Below, one piece after another: positions 13,522 to 27,557 of a stretch of DNA of 64,000 nucleotides. The stretch lies in assembly GCF_018977255.1 (NCBI RefSeq), contig NW_024704742.1, positions 133,488,001 through 133,552,000 of the forward strand. The letters are read 5' to 3'. The position numbers and the translations under genes were made by a program. Within the stretch, counting starts at the first letter, position 1. Every line of letters begins with the position of its first letter. The stretch is from Callorhinchus milii (lineage: Eukaryota). The notes beneath the pieces are model-generated. The model saw only the letters and a list, made by a program, of their open reading frames with translations, was not told the DNA's origin and did no database searches.

Positions 13522-14261
13522 GTCTAAGATGATACTCCAATACATTGCTCAGGATGTATTGCATCAATTTAAAGAGAAATATGTTCCTTTAATCCAAAGA
13601 AGTCATAGGTGCCGGGCCATTTATTGATGATAATCCTTGCATTTGATACAATGCCTTATCATGTCGAGCTATCTCAAAGCACTTCATTGGGTTTATCACA
13701 TCACTGAAGTGTGGTGACCATATTTTGTAGGTGAATGTGATAGCCAATTTACACACAGCAGGATCACACAAACAGCCATGATCCAATTTTATTTGTGGGG
13801 TTTGTTGGTCATAACACTGGGAGAAACTCCCTTCTCATTTCAAATAGTGCCATGGGATCATCCACCTGGACAGGCAGTTTAGTGTCTGATCCAAAAGACC
13901 TGCTTCAATGTATCACATCTCCAGCACTACACTTGAGACCGTGGGATGTGGGACTTCTGGCTTAGGCAAAAGTGTTACCACCTGAGTCAGACTGATCTTT
14001 TGATGATCTAACCTCAGACCATCACTGTTGGTGGCCAGATTTGAGGAGGCCAGAGTTATAGTCTGGTGTCACAGTGCTGAGATCAGTGACTCACTGATCC
14101 TATGACCCTTCGGATCAGTGTCCTGTTACTCCATTGCTCATACCTGCTATGAAATTGTTATTGACATTGTTTTCCAAGTTCTTAACTCTGCAGAATCACC
14201 ACAATAGTAACTAGATGACTAGTTTGTAAATGCATCAACAAAACAAGCCCTTCTTTTCCAG

Positions 14262-14405
14262 GAGTAATGGAGAAGTTGAGTCTGGGCCCCAAAGATTTAC
14301 TCCAGCAGAATTCAAAGCTAATCTATGCCAGACTAACGGGGTTTGGGCAGAATGGGCGGCATGCCAGTAAAGCGGGTCACGATATCAACTTTATTTCTCT
14401 GGCAG
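14262..14405 (+). CDS. AMACR: AMACR coding exon 2 (144 nt)
   Basis: Acceptor ttcttttccag. Encodes [10 protein letters not shown]...[12 protein letters not shown]...[11 protein letters not shown], including the catalytic His motif GHDIN. Donor G|GTATGT. Confidence 0.97.
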
Positions 14406-14820
14406 GTATGTATAGCCGTTTTATCACTATCAAATTCAGCAGAAATCGAACTAATATATTTTTTAAAAATTCCTTTCATGTTGGAAATAGTACTGGAAAG
14501 TGGTTGAGGAAGTTACAATTTGGGAAGGGGTTAAGAGGGGGATGGGGGAGGGAAGAAGATAACCATATACAAAATAACTGGATCGGAGTGGAATTGTTAG
14601 GCATGCATCCATAACAACCATTTTGCTAGTGATAATAATTGATTTGCTCCATGATCTTTTCTCCTTTTATGTTGGGAAGAGCTTTTTACCATTGGATTGC
14701 TTTGCAAAACGTCTGACTGAGATGTTTTTTTAAACTGTTTCATGTCAATGTTTACGATAGGAAGTGATGCAGCTGTAATAATTTTTGATCAACTTAAAGT
14801 GACGTTTCTTTGGAACTCAG

Positions 14821-14981
14821 GTCTTCTTTCCAATTTTGGTCGGAAAGGTGAGAATCCCTGTGCACCAGTGAACCTTCTGGGAGACTTTGCAGGAGGTGGG
14901 CTTATGTGTGCAATGGGTATAATTCTGGCGCTGTTTGAGAGGACACATTCGGGGAAAGGACAAGTCATCGACGCAAGCATG
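14821..14981 (+). CDS. AMACR: AMACR coding exon 3 (161 nt)
   Basis: Acceptor ...aactcag. Encodes [54 protein letters not shown], including the catalytic Asp in GDFAGG. Donor ATG|GTGAGC. Confidence 0.97.
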
Positions 14982-16600
14982 GTGAGCTAGAACCTCAATC
15001 TGTGTTCATTCCTAAATTCTACCAACTAGTCCACTCCCTCCGATTGGCAGGTACTGGCCTGCTTTATGTTCCCTGCCTTGCCTTATCCATTATTGGCCGT
15101 CGGGCTTTCAGCCTTTCTGTCCCCACTCTCTGGAGTCCCTTCACTTTGCCCCTTCTCTTGCCTCCTTCAAGGGCTATCTTGAGACCTGCCTCTTTAACCA
15201 AGCCTTTGGTCATCTTTCCCCTCCCTCCCCACACCCTCTTGGTCCATACTCCTCCCGAAACCAACCCCCTACTCAAGTGCAAAGCCTCAACTGTCTAGCA
15301 CATTGAGATGTCATCCTGACATAAACACTAAAATTACATTTTTATTTTTCTCATTGTTGCTCTCCTGAAAGTCTGTCTCTTGCTGCAAAACAATAATCCT
15401 TGCATTTGATACAGAGCCTTATCAAATCATCAAAATGTTATGAAACACTGCACAGGAATACACTGTTAAGTGTACTGACTGCATATTTATATGCAAACAC
15501 ATACCATTCAAAAGAGTAAACTGAAAACAATACTTTCAGATGAACCAAGAGAGTAGACAAGAGGACATACGATTAGAGTTGCAAAGGGCAATTGTAGGAC
15601 AGAGAGCAGCAGAGATTTCTTTACCCAGAGGGTAATTAACGACTGCAAGAGGTTGCTAGGAGGCTGGTTGAGGCCAGGACACTGGAACTCATTTTTAAAA
15701 AAACAGCTTGATGCTCTTAGGAAGCATGGTAGGGCAGGTATTCAGAGGGGATTAGATGAAATGAGACGAAGGCCTTTATCCAAACCTCTTATTCCTAATA
15801 TCTTGACCAAACAAATAGAATGCATTCCATGTATATCGGCTGCATGGAAATGTCAGTTTGGTTTGCTCTTAAGCATGATGATGGGTTTCCGTGTGTCAGA
15901 TAACTGGCTGACCAAAAAAAAGAGAATTAGTGCTGTGGTTCCTGAATTCAAGAAAATCCCATTCAATAAAAGTGTACCTTCCCTGAGTAGAATGTTTTTC
16001 AAAAAATGGATGGCAGCACATTGTGCATCAGCCTGGCTCGGTTAGTAGCACTCATCTCTGAGTCACAAGGTTGTGGGTTCAAGTCCCGCATCGGGACCTT
16101 GATCTCAGTCTCGGTTAAGGGAGACTGCATTGTTCAAAATGCCACCTTTTAAATGTCAACTTTCACTGACGTTCCATCTGCCTGGTCAGATGGATATTGA
16201 AGAAACCATAACACTATTTGAAAAGTGAAGAGAATTTCTTCTGGTGTGCTGAACAATAGATAAAATTGGTCATTCACTTCATCGCTGTTTGTGGGACATT
16301 GCTGTGTGCTAATATCATATTTGCCTACAATAACAACAGTCACTACACTTGAGAGAATCACTTTGAGATGCTATCCTGCGTGAAGGGTGCTATATAATTG
16401 CAACTTGTTGTCACCTCCCCCTGGATCTGTGTTGTGCTCTGCTACTGACAGGAACTCTGGGATACTACCTTATGTGAGGGGCGCTATATAAAACCAAGTT
16501 GTTCCTAAATCGCTTTGAGACACATTCCCAACATGAAAGGTGATTTATTAAATGCAAGGATTGTTTTACTTATTATTATTAAATCTGTGGTGTTTGCCAG

Positions 16601-16787
16601 GTTGAAGGAGCAGCTTATTGTAGCTCTTGGCTATGGAAATCTCAAAAACTGAGCCTAATGGATAAGCCGAGAGGTGAGAACATCCTGGATTCTGGGGCGC
16701 CATTCTACGAGACATACAAGACGTCTGATGGGAAGTACATGGCTGTCGGCGCTTTGGAACCTCAGTTCTATGACAGACTAATAGAAG
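16601..16787 (+). CDS. AMACR: AMACR coding exon 4 (187 nt; not in the ORF track)
   Basis: Acceptor tttgccag. Manual translation [62 protein letters not shown]. Donor G|GTAAGT. Phases 0/1 fit the flanking exons. Confidence 0.96.
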
Positions 16788-18792
16788 GTAAGTCTACTTT
16801 CAAAGTTTACAGTAATTCCCTTTAAACAACTTCAGAGCTCGCAGTTCAAGCTGGCACTCCAGTGTCATGCTGGGGGAAACTGTATTGTCAGAGGCACCAT
16901 CCTTCGGATCACACGTCAAACCAAGGCCTGTCAGCCAGACGTTAAAGATCCTGGGAGTATTTATAACGATAACCCTGGCATTTCGATATAGCGCCTTATT
17001 ACACATCTCAAGGCGTATCAAGGCGCTTCACAGGATATACTTAATGGTGTTACTGTATTCGTTTTGTGCCTCAATGTATTTGAACAGAGACGGGAGATTC
17101 TCCCACCCTGTCGTTCAAAATAAATTAGTCAATTCACTTCATGACTGTTGTTGGGAATAGACGTGTGTAAATTGATGACCACATTTGCCCAGAAATAAGA
17201 GACACTATACAGTAATGTGAAGTGCTTTGAAATGTTTTGGCATTTTTGGCCCATAACAAATGCAAAGCTATTATTTGAAAAAAAATTCTTCTTCCCATTG
17301 AAGTGAGCTATAGGTTCTAAAAGTCTATGTTGGTGTGTGTATAGACAGCTCTAACAGTTCATCCGGTTTATTGCTACAGGGCAATCTGTTACAACATGTT
17401 TGAGGTCCATAAGATTAGATGGCTTGTTATAATGGGTCCAAAATAAAATATAAGTTAATCATTGCCTCCGGCGCACACGAGCACACTTCCTGGATTGGCA
17501 TTATGGGAGAGAGAGAGAGAAGGGCAGGCACTGTAGGAGACGGAGAGAATAACTGTCACTATAATAAAATCACCCCTTTATCACCTTTACTTTTGAGGGT
17601 GAAGTGTTGTGGTTCTGAAAAGGTTAAGTTCATGATAGTATCCAAAATCTCTGCGAATCCGGGAGTAATTAAGCTCACCCACCACACTGGTGTTGTTGTG
17701 ACCAATGGTTATCTGAGCTAAGCAGTGTTAAAACGCAATTAAACAGTGTTTTAAGTAATTACGGATCCCAAAGCATGTGAGTAATAATCATTGGATTTGA
17801 CATAGTGCTTTATCACAGCGTTGAGATGTCTACAGTAATGTTGTGTTTTGTGTAACGTGTATTTTGTTTGACAGGCTTGATAAATGTTTTTACTCTTCAA
17901 AATTTAAAAAAAAATCACTGAAATCACTTATTATTGCATCAAGAGGAAGTGAGCTTTGCAATTACTGCAGTAGGCTATCAGCTCTCAAATGTCTGATGGG
18001 GACAAATGCTGTTTTTCATATTGTATAGATACATTTGAAGGAATTTAAAAAGTAATTTGCAACAGGCGCTAACCTGCCCAATTGCCTAATGCAACACTCC
18101 AAACAATGACCTTTACAAAGTTTACCTTTTGTTGTGTTTCTTTCGGCTCGTGTGGGTTATCCCAAAATTAATGGTGGTGCAATAACAAATGCAAGGATTA
18201 ATTCCATTGAGTCGTGCTCAGTTTTACTTTCCATTCCTGTAGCTCAGTGGTTAGAGCACTCGAGTCGCAAGCGAGAAACCTGGATTTGATTCCTGGAGGG
18301 CAAAATGTTGGGCAAGTTTCCTTACACCATGCCTGATAATAATCCCTAAAGAAAATAATCAATAATAAATTGGTCACTTCAACCCACGACTGTTTGTAGG
18401 ACACTGCTGTGTGCAAAATGTTGGGCAAATTTCCTTACTCCACATGCTTCTGTTTACCTAGCAGTAAGTAGGAACCCAGTTGTTAGTCAATTGGTGGATC
18501 ACTTTTCTGGGGATAATAATTCCTTCAAAAATAATAATAAATTGGTCACTTCAATCCAAGACTATTTGTGGGACACTGCTATGTGCAATTGGCTGCCGCG
18601 TTTCACCCACAAATATACAGTCAATTCACTTTACCGCATAATCTGTGAAGCACTTTGAGACATCCGGCACAGACTCGATGGGCCGAATGGCCTCCTTCTG
18701 TGCCGTAACATTCTATGATCCAGAAGACGTGAAAAGTGCTAAATAATAAAAGTATTATTATTATAGACCCCCCCCTCCACTCCACTTACACC

Positions 18793-18833
<41 letters not shown>

Positions 18834-19529
18834 TGTTGTCTGAGATGATTCTCTGAGGCCAAATAGAGCCCCTGTCAAATAGTTTGTTCCCAATCATTTT
18901 TCACACAGTTGAGATAGAGGATATACTATGGCACCTTCTCTTTCTGGTAATCTCTGCCTCAAACAATTTCCCTGACATTTTCCTGGTAATGGATTTTCTC
19001 AGCAAGTGGGTATCGAGGTGGACTTGTGACAAATAGAAAGTACTCCCATTAGAAGGAAATTAGGGGAAAGGGAGCTTGGCCTTTGGATCACAATGTGAAG
19101 TTAATTTTGTTTCCACGCCTGGAGTTTACGCAGTCTGGTGTAAGTAAAATGCATGTAAAGAAATTGAATTGCATTTCATTTTAATGGTTCCCGTGGAGAA
19201 TGCCTTTTGATTACATAACACGGGCTTTAAATTCCATGCAAGGAGACTGTCACGAATATCAATTCCTGGATTAACAGACGGGCAAATTCCTGTCTGTGAA
19301 TCTTGTTCTTTCACAGGTTTATGATGGGACTAGCATCCGATGCCTTAAGACTATGTGTGAACAGGACAGTCTTGCAAGTGGAGACAAACACTATAGTCTT
19401 ACTTATTGCTAGCAGAGGACAGAAAGAGCTCTTGCCTCCTTTTCCTTTCTCTTTCCTTTCCATGATGCATATGTGTAACTGAGTGATTCAGTCCAGTAGC
19501 ATTCTCAAGCTCAACGACGCTGTATGTTC

Positions 19530-20400
19530 TAACAGTTTATGAGATCTTGGCAGATGAGGATTAATGTGGAGCAATGCGAAATGATGCATTTTGGGAGGAA
19601 GAATGAGAGAGGTAATATAAGCTGACGGTAAAATCTTAAAGGGGATGAAGGAACAGAGAGACCTGAGGGGTCATATAAGTAAATCTTTGAAGGTGGCAGA
19701 CAGGTAGATAAAGCTGTTTTAAAAGCATACGGGATACTAGGCTTTATAAATAGGGGCATAGAATATAAAAGTCAGGAAGTTATGATGAACCTTTATAAAA
19801 CACTGGCTAGGCCTCAGCTAGAGACTGTGTTCAGTTCTGGGAACCACATTTTAGTAAGGATGTAAAGGCATTGGAAAGGGTGCAAAGGAGATTTACCAGG
19901 ATGGTACCAGGAATGAGGGACTTCTGTCATCAGGAGAGACTAGAGAAGCTTGGATTATTTTTGGAGCAGAGAGGTTAAGAGGAGACTGAATAGAAGTTTT
20001 CAAAATTATGAGGGGATTCATTAGGGTGAACAAGGAGAAACTATTTCCACAGGTTGGTCGGTAACCTGAGGACGCCAATTTAAAATAGTTGTCAAAAGAA
20101 ACAGGGCAGGTGAGGAGAAATTTTTTTACACAGCGAGTTGTTCAGATCTGGAATGCATGGCCTGAAAGGGTGGTGGAAGCCAATGCGATAACAGCTTTTA
20201 ACAACAACAACAAGATTCCATTTATAGAGCGCCTTTCACGTCGGGAGGACGTCCCAAGGCGCTGAAGAGAGAAGTAGATACTTATTTGGAGACGACAAGT
20301 TTGTAGGGTTGTGGGGGAGTGGATTGAATTGGATAGTTCTTTTTAAATAGCCGGCACAGACACGATGGGCTGAATGGCCATCTGTGCCTAATTCTATGAT
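19530..20400 (+). mobile_element. Degenerate CR1 LINE 3' end with a ~63 bp inverted L2 tail inserted at ~20201-20263
   Basis: CR1-type RT C-terminus WQMRINVEQCEMMHFGRKN..EQRDL. 3' end gatgggctgaatggcc...ttctatga. Confidence 0.85.
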
Positions 20401-21988
20401 ATATAATCGCATTGCACTGTCCTTTTGCCATGCCCCTTAAAATCTACTGTCCAAACATCTGTCTATCTCTCAGTTTGTTGCATGTTCTAAGCACTGCAGC
20501 GGCATTTGAAGTAAAGCTAAACTACAACAACAACTTGCACTTATATTGCGTCCTCCACGCAGGGTAGTGTCTCAGAGCGCTTAGAATCTATTCCTTAAAC
20601 AAAGTGAAACTTATCTTTCTTTAACTCTTTATTCTTCAAGAATCTTTTCCCCAATTGAACCTGTTAATGTCAGATTGATTCAGTTTTTTTTAAAACACAA
20701 GTTATTGTTTTCAGTAATTTCGTGGCATTTTCTTCCTTAGTAATGTTCCTGGCCTAATGCCATTATAGCAGCCTTATGATCTTTTAATTCACATCGGTTC
20801 TGAGAATAATAGATCTTGTCTGGGATCCTTGCGTATTTTGTAGAAAAAGGATCAGTTCTGACGTCGTAAGTAAGATATTCCTTCAGTCAGTTGATTTGGT
20901 GGTACGCCAATTAGCAGCATTGGTAAATTTTGAACGTGGGGAGAGAGAGAGAGAGTTGGAAGGACTCCAGGAGTTGCAGAGCCAGGGGCAGAATAACTGA
21001 AAGTTTGTCCGCTGATGGTGGGTCGTGCAGGGCTGTGAACTTGAAGTAGGCTGGTGTTTACTCAATGAGTAACATTAGGAGTGGGGGAGAGAGGGGTAAG
21101 TCACCCCAATGAGGTTGTGTCCCTTTCACCAGGTTAAACCAGACATTGGAAAGAGTCACGAGTGTGGATCCACCCATAATGGGAGGCGAGACCAGGATTG
21201 TATTATAAGGGATTAGGTTGGTTCGAATTCATCATGGTATTTGGCTGAAAAGTCTGACCTGGAAGTAAAATTAAAGGGGTTATCGGTAAGCTTTAGCACA
21301 TTATGTTACAAAAGCTAACTGTCGAGCACACTTGTGTATATCATTGGGATATTGGTTTGTTGAGTAACTTAACTTAACTCTGTGACCCGAACAAATAGAT
21401 TTTCTATCTGATCCTTACTAGACAAGCAGTGAAGCTTGTCAGACAGTGTTTTCAATGGTAAGCTAAGAGGTGGTTGAACTCTAGCAGTACCCCCAACACA
21501 CACACACATAATAATAATAATAATAATCCTTGCATTTGATATAGCGCTTTTCACGTCGGGAGGACGTCCCAAAGCGCTTCACAGAACACACTGTAAAGTG
21601 AATTGACTATATTTGTGGGCGAACGCGGCAGCCAATTGCGCACAGCAATGTCCCACAAACAGTCGTGGATTGAAAATGACCCATTATTGTTTTGTATTTT
21701 GGAGGGATTATTATCAGGCGTGTGGAGTAAGGAAACTTGCCCAAGGTTTCGCCCTCTGCCTGGAATTGAACTCAGGTCTCTCGCTTGCAAAGCGAGTGCT
21801 CTAACCACTGAGCTACAGGTAACGTACATACGTGGAATTCTGGTTTGAATTCTCTTAAGTGTTTTGATGGTTGCCACGCGTGTCGGACACCCAGCTGAGC
21901 AAAAAAAAACAGTAGATTTTCAAGCAGCACTTCACGTTGTAAAAACCATGTTTGTGGGCTGACCTCTTTTCTTTGCATTTCATGCCAG

Positions 21989-22398
21989 GACTGGGCTTAA
22001 ATTCGAGTGAGCTGCCTCCTCAGATGAGCTTATCTGACTGGCCAGAGTTGAAGAGAATTTTTACCAAGATCTTTGCAAGCAAGAGCCAAGCAGTGTGGTG
22101 CAAGATCTTTGATAACATTGACGCTTGTGTCACACCTGTCCTGTCTCTGCAAGAGGCTTCCAGGTACCCACATAACCAAGACCGGGGGTCTTTTATTACT
22201 GACGAGGACGGACAAGTGAGCCCTAGACCAGCCCCTCATCTGTCTCGGACTCCTGCCTGCGTCAGTCTGGCAAGAGACCCGAAAGTCGGCGAACATACCG
22301 AAGCTGTGTTGATGGAATATGGCTTCACCAGAGAACAGATAAATGCACTGCAATGTGCTGAGGTTATTGAACTTAATGGACCCAAAGCTAAATTGTAA
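21989..22398 (+). CDS. AMACR: AMACR coding exon 5 (410 nt including TAA); spliced CDS 1149 nt = 382 aa
   Basis: Acceptor catgccag after a pyrimidine tract. Encodes GLGLNSSELPPQMS...DACVTPVLS...PRPAPHLSRTP...GEHTEAVL...PKAKL*. Ends in the PTS1 tripeptide AKL. Confidence 0.97.
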
Positions 22399-22649
22399 TA
22401 CGTCTTACACATTAGAGGAGAGGTGGTGATGGGGACTCAAACTCACTGCCTTGACTTGCTTTCTAACATAATCAAAATGATTTTCTTGGGATTCTTCTGC
22501 TGACGAGCCCAGTACATAGGTACACATTTACAGCATAAATTACATTAAATATTAAAGAATTAAGATTCAACAGCAACTTACATTTATACAGTGCACTTCA
22601 TACAGGGTTGCACCTCAGGGAGCTTAACATTAGCGGAACTTGATGCTGA

Positions 22650-23260
22650 TCTAAGGACTGTACACATGGTTGAAGAGGCGTCTTTGGGCATAATCTGAAG
22701 ATGGCCAAGGAGGAGGCAAGGTGGAGAGATTGAGGCAGGTGTGCCAGAGATTTGGGGTATCGCGGCTGAAAGCATGGCCGCCAGTGGCAGATCAGAGGGG
22801 ATGAGGGACATCCAGAAGGCTGGAGCCTGCTGAGTGGGAAGAAGAGTGGGTGGGTAGAGGAGAAGGTTTGAGCAGGTCGGAGTGATAGGGAGGTGATTTG
22901 TAAGTAAATGTAAAGATCTCGAAACTGGCTTGCATGGATGCTGGGCATGTGGAGTTTAGTACTGGTGTGGATACGGGCAGCAAACTTTTGAGTTGCGTAT
23001 TTCGATTTTATGAATGTGGAGCTGGGGAAACCAGCGAAAAATTAAGGCGGGAGGTGATGGAGGCGTGGATAAAGGTTTCAGCTGCATTGGGAGTGAGTTA
23101 TGGTCAGAGGTTAGGGGTGAAGCATATGGCCACCCCTTCGGGGTGGGGGGGGTGGGGAAGGGAGCACAGCAAACCCGAGTTTTCTGAGCAGAAGAGCCGG
23201 AGCAGGAGAAGATCGGCGAGGCAAGGAGATGCAAGGGTGTGGAGGGATTTATATGAGGCT
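22650..23260 (-). mobile_element. Old L2-like fragment downstream of the AMACR stop codon
   Basis: Purine-rich degenerate sequence resembling the reverse complement of an L2 ORF2 3' region. Confidence 0.55.
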
Positions 23261-26200
23261 GACCGTCTCTCATACATTGATATGAGAACTTTTCCAGTGA
23301 GGAAATCTCAATTTGATTCATTCAAGTGAAATTTCAATTATTTATGATTAACTTGGTGCTTTTATTAAAATGTATCCATTCCTGTTTTAAAAGCAAATTT
23401 TTAAATTCTGATCTGTTCCTTCGGTTTTCGTCAGTGTTCTGGGCACCACTGCAATCATTGTAACTGCTTTGCTCCCTGGAATGATTGATTGAAATCATGC
23501 ATAAAATTGCAAGTGCAATTTACTTCTTGTGAGCTGTGGTCCACTTTGTAATTCCTGTTGATTCACAGCAAGCAACATTCTATGTCTGTTTCTGGAGAAT
23601 GCTCTCTCAGGTAATTATCTAGATGGTTGCATGCGTACTGCGCGTTCCCCATGGATCACGGCTTGTTAACATGCAATCGTGCTGTTGACGCTGTCTTATA
23701 TTTTCAGCAAGAAAGTTGAAGAATACCAATTCCTCTTTCAGGGAAAATGTTAAATGTACTTAGTGTCACTCTGCACTATAGCATGGCTCATTTGAGAGGA
23801 ATGTCTGGTTTGCTCAGTGGAGTAAAGGGCTCTGTCCACTGTTTTTCAAATTTGTGTTTTTTAAAAGAAATTAAGTTTGCAAGACTTTATGTACATATTC
23901 ATAATACTAATGATTCTTGCATTTTGTTTAGAGCAAGTAATATCAAAACATCTCAAACCGCTTTACAGATTTCACAGCCTGGCTCAGTTGGTAGCACTTT
24001 CACCTGTGAGTCGAATGCATGGATTATTATTTAAGATCATTATTTTTACAAAAAAAGGACAACATTGGCTTGGCTGGTCACCCGAGCTGGTGGTGGGAGC
24101 AGAGGTCTGGGGAAGGAAAAGATTTTTTTTGAAGAAATGATCAAAAATCAAATTGTAACTGAACAATAAATCACGTCTGCATTAAATGTTCTAACTATCT
24201 AAATTTTTGTTGCATAAAATGAGGGAAATGCAGACAGAATGTATTGCTGTAAAGTTGTACAGGTGTCTCATACGTCCTATCCTTCCCCTCCCCCACCGCT
24301 TCAAACTCGTAGCATAAGTTGACATAGGATGTAATGAGACTGCTTGCCTCCTGGTGGCTAGTTGAATGCACAAGTGTTGAACACAATTTGGGGATCACAG
24401 TTTGTGGAGATCAATAAGACCCACTCCAATTCCGCACTGACTATAAGAACAGGAGAAAATCATTACAACAACACGGTTGCCTTTATACAGCAACCTCCAC
24501 GAAGAGGCACTTTGCAAGGACCTAGCTGGATATCGAGCGAGGGGGAAGGAGAGATGACTAACCGTGAGTGAAAAGTTGGATTTTTAGTTGCGATTTAAAG
24601 ACAAAAGTGCTGACATGGAGGGGTAGAGGGAGGAAGTTCCAGAGATTGAGACAAAATATCTGAGGCCATTCAGAGTAAAATGTATGAATACTCCAAATTA
24701 ATATGATGTTACAAGTTGTCCTTCCAATATTAAATTACTTGCAAGACAATATCCATCAAGAATTTGATTAGGAAACGGGAGGTTCATAGCTCTACCAAAG
24801 AAACCTCAAAAGCAAAACGTTTACTGTGTGAAATTGGATTTTTACCACAGTGTTACAAATCTGGATGTCACCAGTGAAACAAAATTTACCAGGAGTGTGA
24901 AGAACATTGGCTGCATTCAAAGGAGCTCCTTTGTATTCACTAAGGGAAAACGGTCATGAGCATATTTTGAAAAATAACACAACCTCCAGAAAGGTTAGCC
25001 ACAGAAACAATTAAACTAGCATAATAGGTCTTTAGTGCCTTTCGCGTCAGAAGGATGTTTCAAATTACTTCACAGGATATACTGTAAACTGTAGTGATTA
25101 TTGAGATGCTATGCTACGTGAATGGTGCTAAATAAGTGCAAGTTGTGTTTTGTAGGTGAACACAGCAGCCAATTTGCACACAGCAATGCTGCACAAAGAG
25201 TGCACTAAGTGAATGACCAATTTTAACAGGGGATTGTTGGCCAGGACACTGGGAGAAACTTCCTTTTCTTTTCAAGTAGCATGATGGGATCTTTAACTTA
25301 CACCAGAACAGACACAGAAGGGATCTCATCCACACATTCATCACATCTGGCTCGACTACGCCAACTCCCTGCTTGTCGGCCTTTCCAACTCTTCCCTCCA
25401 CTAGCTCCAGAATTTTGCAGTTCCCATCCCCATTCCCCTGTGGATAGAGTTCAAAGTCCTCAACTACAAGGCCCTCTATGGCCTTGCTCCTTCCTTACCT
25501 CTGCAACGTTCTGACCCTATACAACCTGTCCACTCCCCACGCTCAGCAGGCTGTGGCCTGCTCCACATCCCCCGCCTGGCCCACCCTACCATCGGCAGTA
25601 CAGGCTGTTGACGCTCAGTCCTTGAACTATCTATCTATCAAGACTGAGATAGATAGATTTCTTATTGCAAATTGGGATTAAGGGATATGGGGATAAGGCA
25701 GGGTCAGATTATTATCTGGAGTTAGATTAGAAGATCAGCCATTTTTGAATGGCGGGGCAGGCTTGAAGGGCCGAATGGTCTACTCCTGGTCCTACATGTT
25801 ATGTTATGAAAGGTGCTAGACAAATGTAATTTTGTATTGCATCTCAGTTTAATGTTTCATCCGAAAGACGGCACCTCCCATCAACGCAGCGCACCCCCAG
25901 CACTGTTTTAGACTGTCAGTTTAGGGCTATGTGCATTCAAAGTCCCAAAATGGGGCTTCCAATTACATCCTTCTAATTCAGAGGCAAAAGTACTACAAAC
26001 TGATCCAGGCTGGCACCATGCAATGAGTGACACCACATCACAAGAGTTGTGATGGGGAATCAGGCAGGTTTGTTCGTGGTTGCTTTGACATGCAAATAAG
26101 CTCCATGGTCTCAATGGTGTACCCTGATGTATTATGATGTTTGGAGGGAGTACTGCATTGTCAGAAATACTGTTCTTCAAGCAAGATATTAAACTGAGCT

Positions 26201-26839
26201 ACTGTTCTGGTGGGTGTTAAAGGTCCCATGACACTATGATGCTGAAATAGGTCACTCATGCCATTATTTCATCTCCCTTAACTTCTCCAACCCATTCCCT
26301 TCCTCTGAACCCACTTCCATCTACTCCTCAGGGAAAAAAAATTGCCCTCAACTCCTTCTGTGCAGTCTTAAATTCACCTGAATTGGTGATCCTCTGGCCC
26401 TCTTCTAATTTCCTCGGTCATTTTCCTTCAAAACTTCACATGGAAGTAAGCGGGTCGGAGAGGTAGGGAGGTGCCGGGGCGTAAAGGGATTTGAAGAGAA
26501 GAGATGTTGAAATCAATCCGTTCAATAATATGGAGTCAGTGGGGCCTGGCAAGGAGAACTCACAGTCTTCTAGCCCAGAGGCCAGACTGTTATGAACCGA
26601 GCCAGGCTGTCACACAGTTATGTAAGTAAGTGAGCATTATTTAACATTTCCATTCACCATTGTGCAGCAGATACAATGGAGCTTTGGCTAATTGGAAGCC
26701 TGTGACTACAGGGAAGGTTAGCCTTGCTTTTTTTGATGGCCAAATCTGTGTTCTGGCAAGATCTCAGTCACAAGAGATCCTGTAAAGTATTTCTTCTGCC
26801 TGGTTTACCACGAGTTGCTTGTGTGCAGGACTTGGGGAA

Positions 26840-27482
26840 AGACAGAGAGAGAGAGAGAGTCAGGAGCGGGAGGGAGTGAGGTGAAGGAGGGAGAAAAAGA
26901 GAGAGTAAGGGGTGGTGGAGGGGAAGAGAGAGAGGGAGGGGAGGAATAGAGAGAGTGAATGAGTGGAGACAAAGTGAGAGGGAGAAAGATGAGAGAGAGA
27001 TAGTGCGAGAGTGAGGTGGGAGAGAGTGAGTGTGAGAGGGAGGAAAGGAGACAGAGTGAGAGGGGGAGAGAGTGAGTGTAAGAGTGGGAGGGGGAGAGCG
27101 TGGGAGGGGAAGAGAGTGAGTGAGGAAGGACGGAGACAGGTGAGAGGGTGAGAGAGAGTGAGTGAGAGTGGGAGAGTGAGAGCGAGGAAGGGAAACAGAG
27201 AATGAGAGGGGGGTGGTAGAGGGAGAGAGAGAAAGACAGAGAGTGAGTGTGAGAGAGAGAGTGGGGGGGTGGTAGGGAGAGTGAGGGGAGAGAGAGAGGG
27301 GTAGGGAGAGTGAGGGGAGAGAGAAGGGGGTGGTAGGAGAGTGTGAGGGGAGAGAGAGGGGGGTAGTGAGAGTGTGAGGGGAGAGAGGGGGAGGTAGGGA
27401 GAGTGTGAGGGGAGAGAGAGAGAGAGAGAGTGGGGGTAGGGAGAGTGTGAGGGGAGAGAGAGTGTGTGAGGTGGGGGGAGGC
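26840..27482. repeat. GA-rich polypurine tract immediately upstream of SLC45A2 exon 1
   Basis: Low-complexity GAGA/GGGA/GAGT sequence. Confidence 0.95.
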
Positions 27483-27557
27483 AATGACACGTTTAACAGA
27501 GGGGTTTGGAGAAGTTTTGGATCCACTGCCCAAGGTGGGGTCCCGGCTGGTGAGAGG

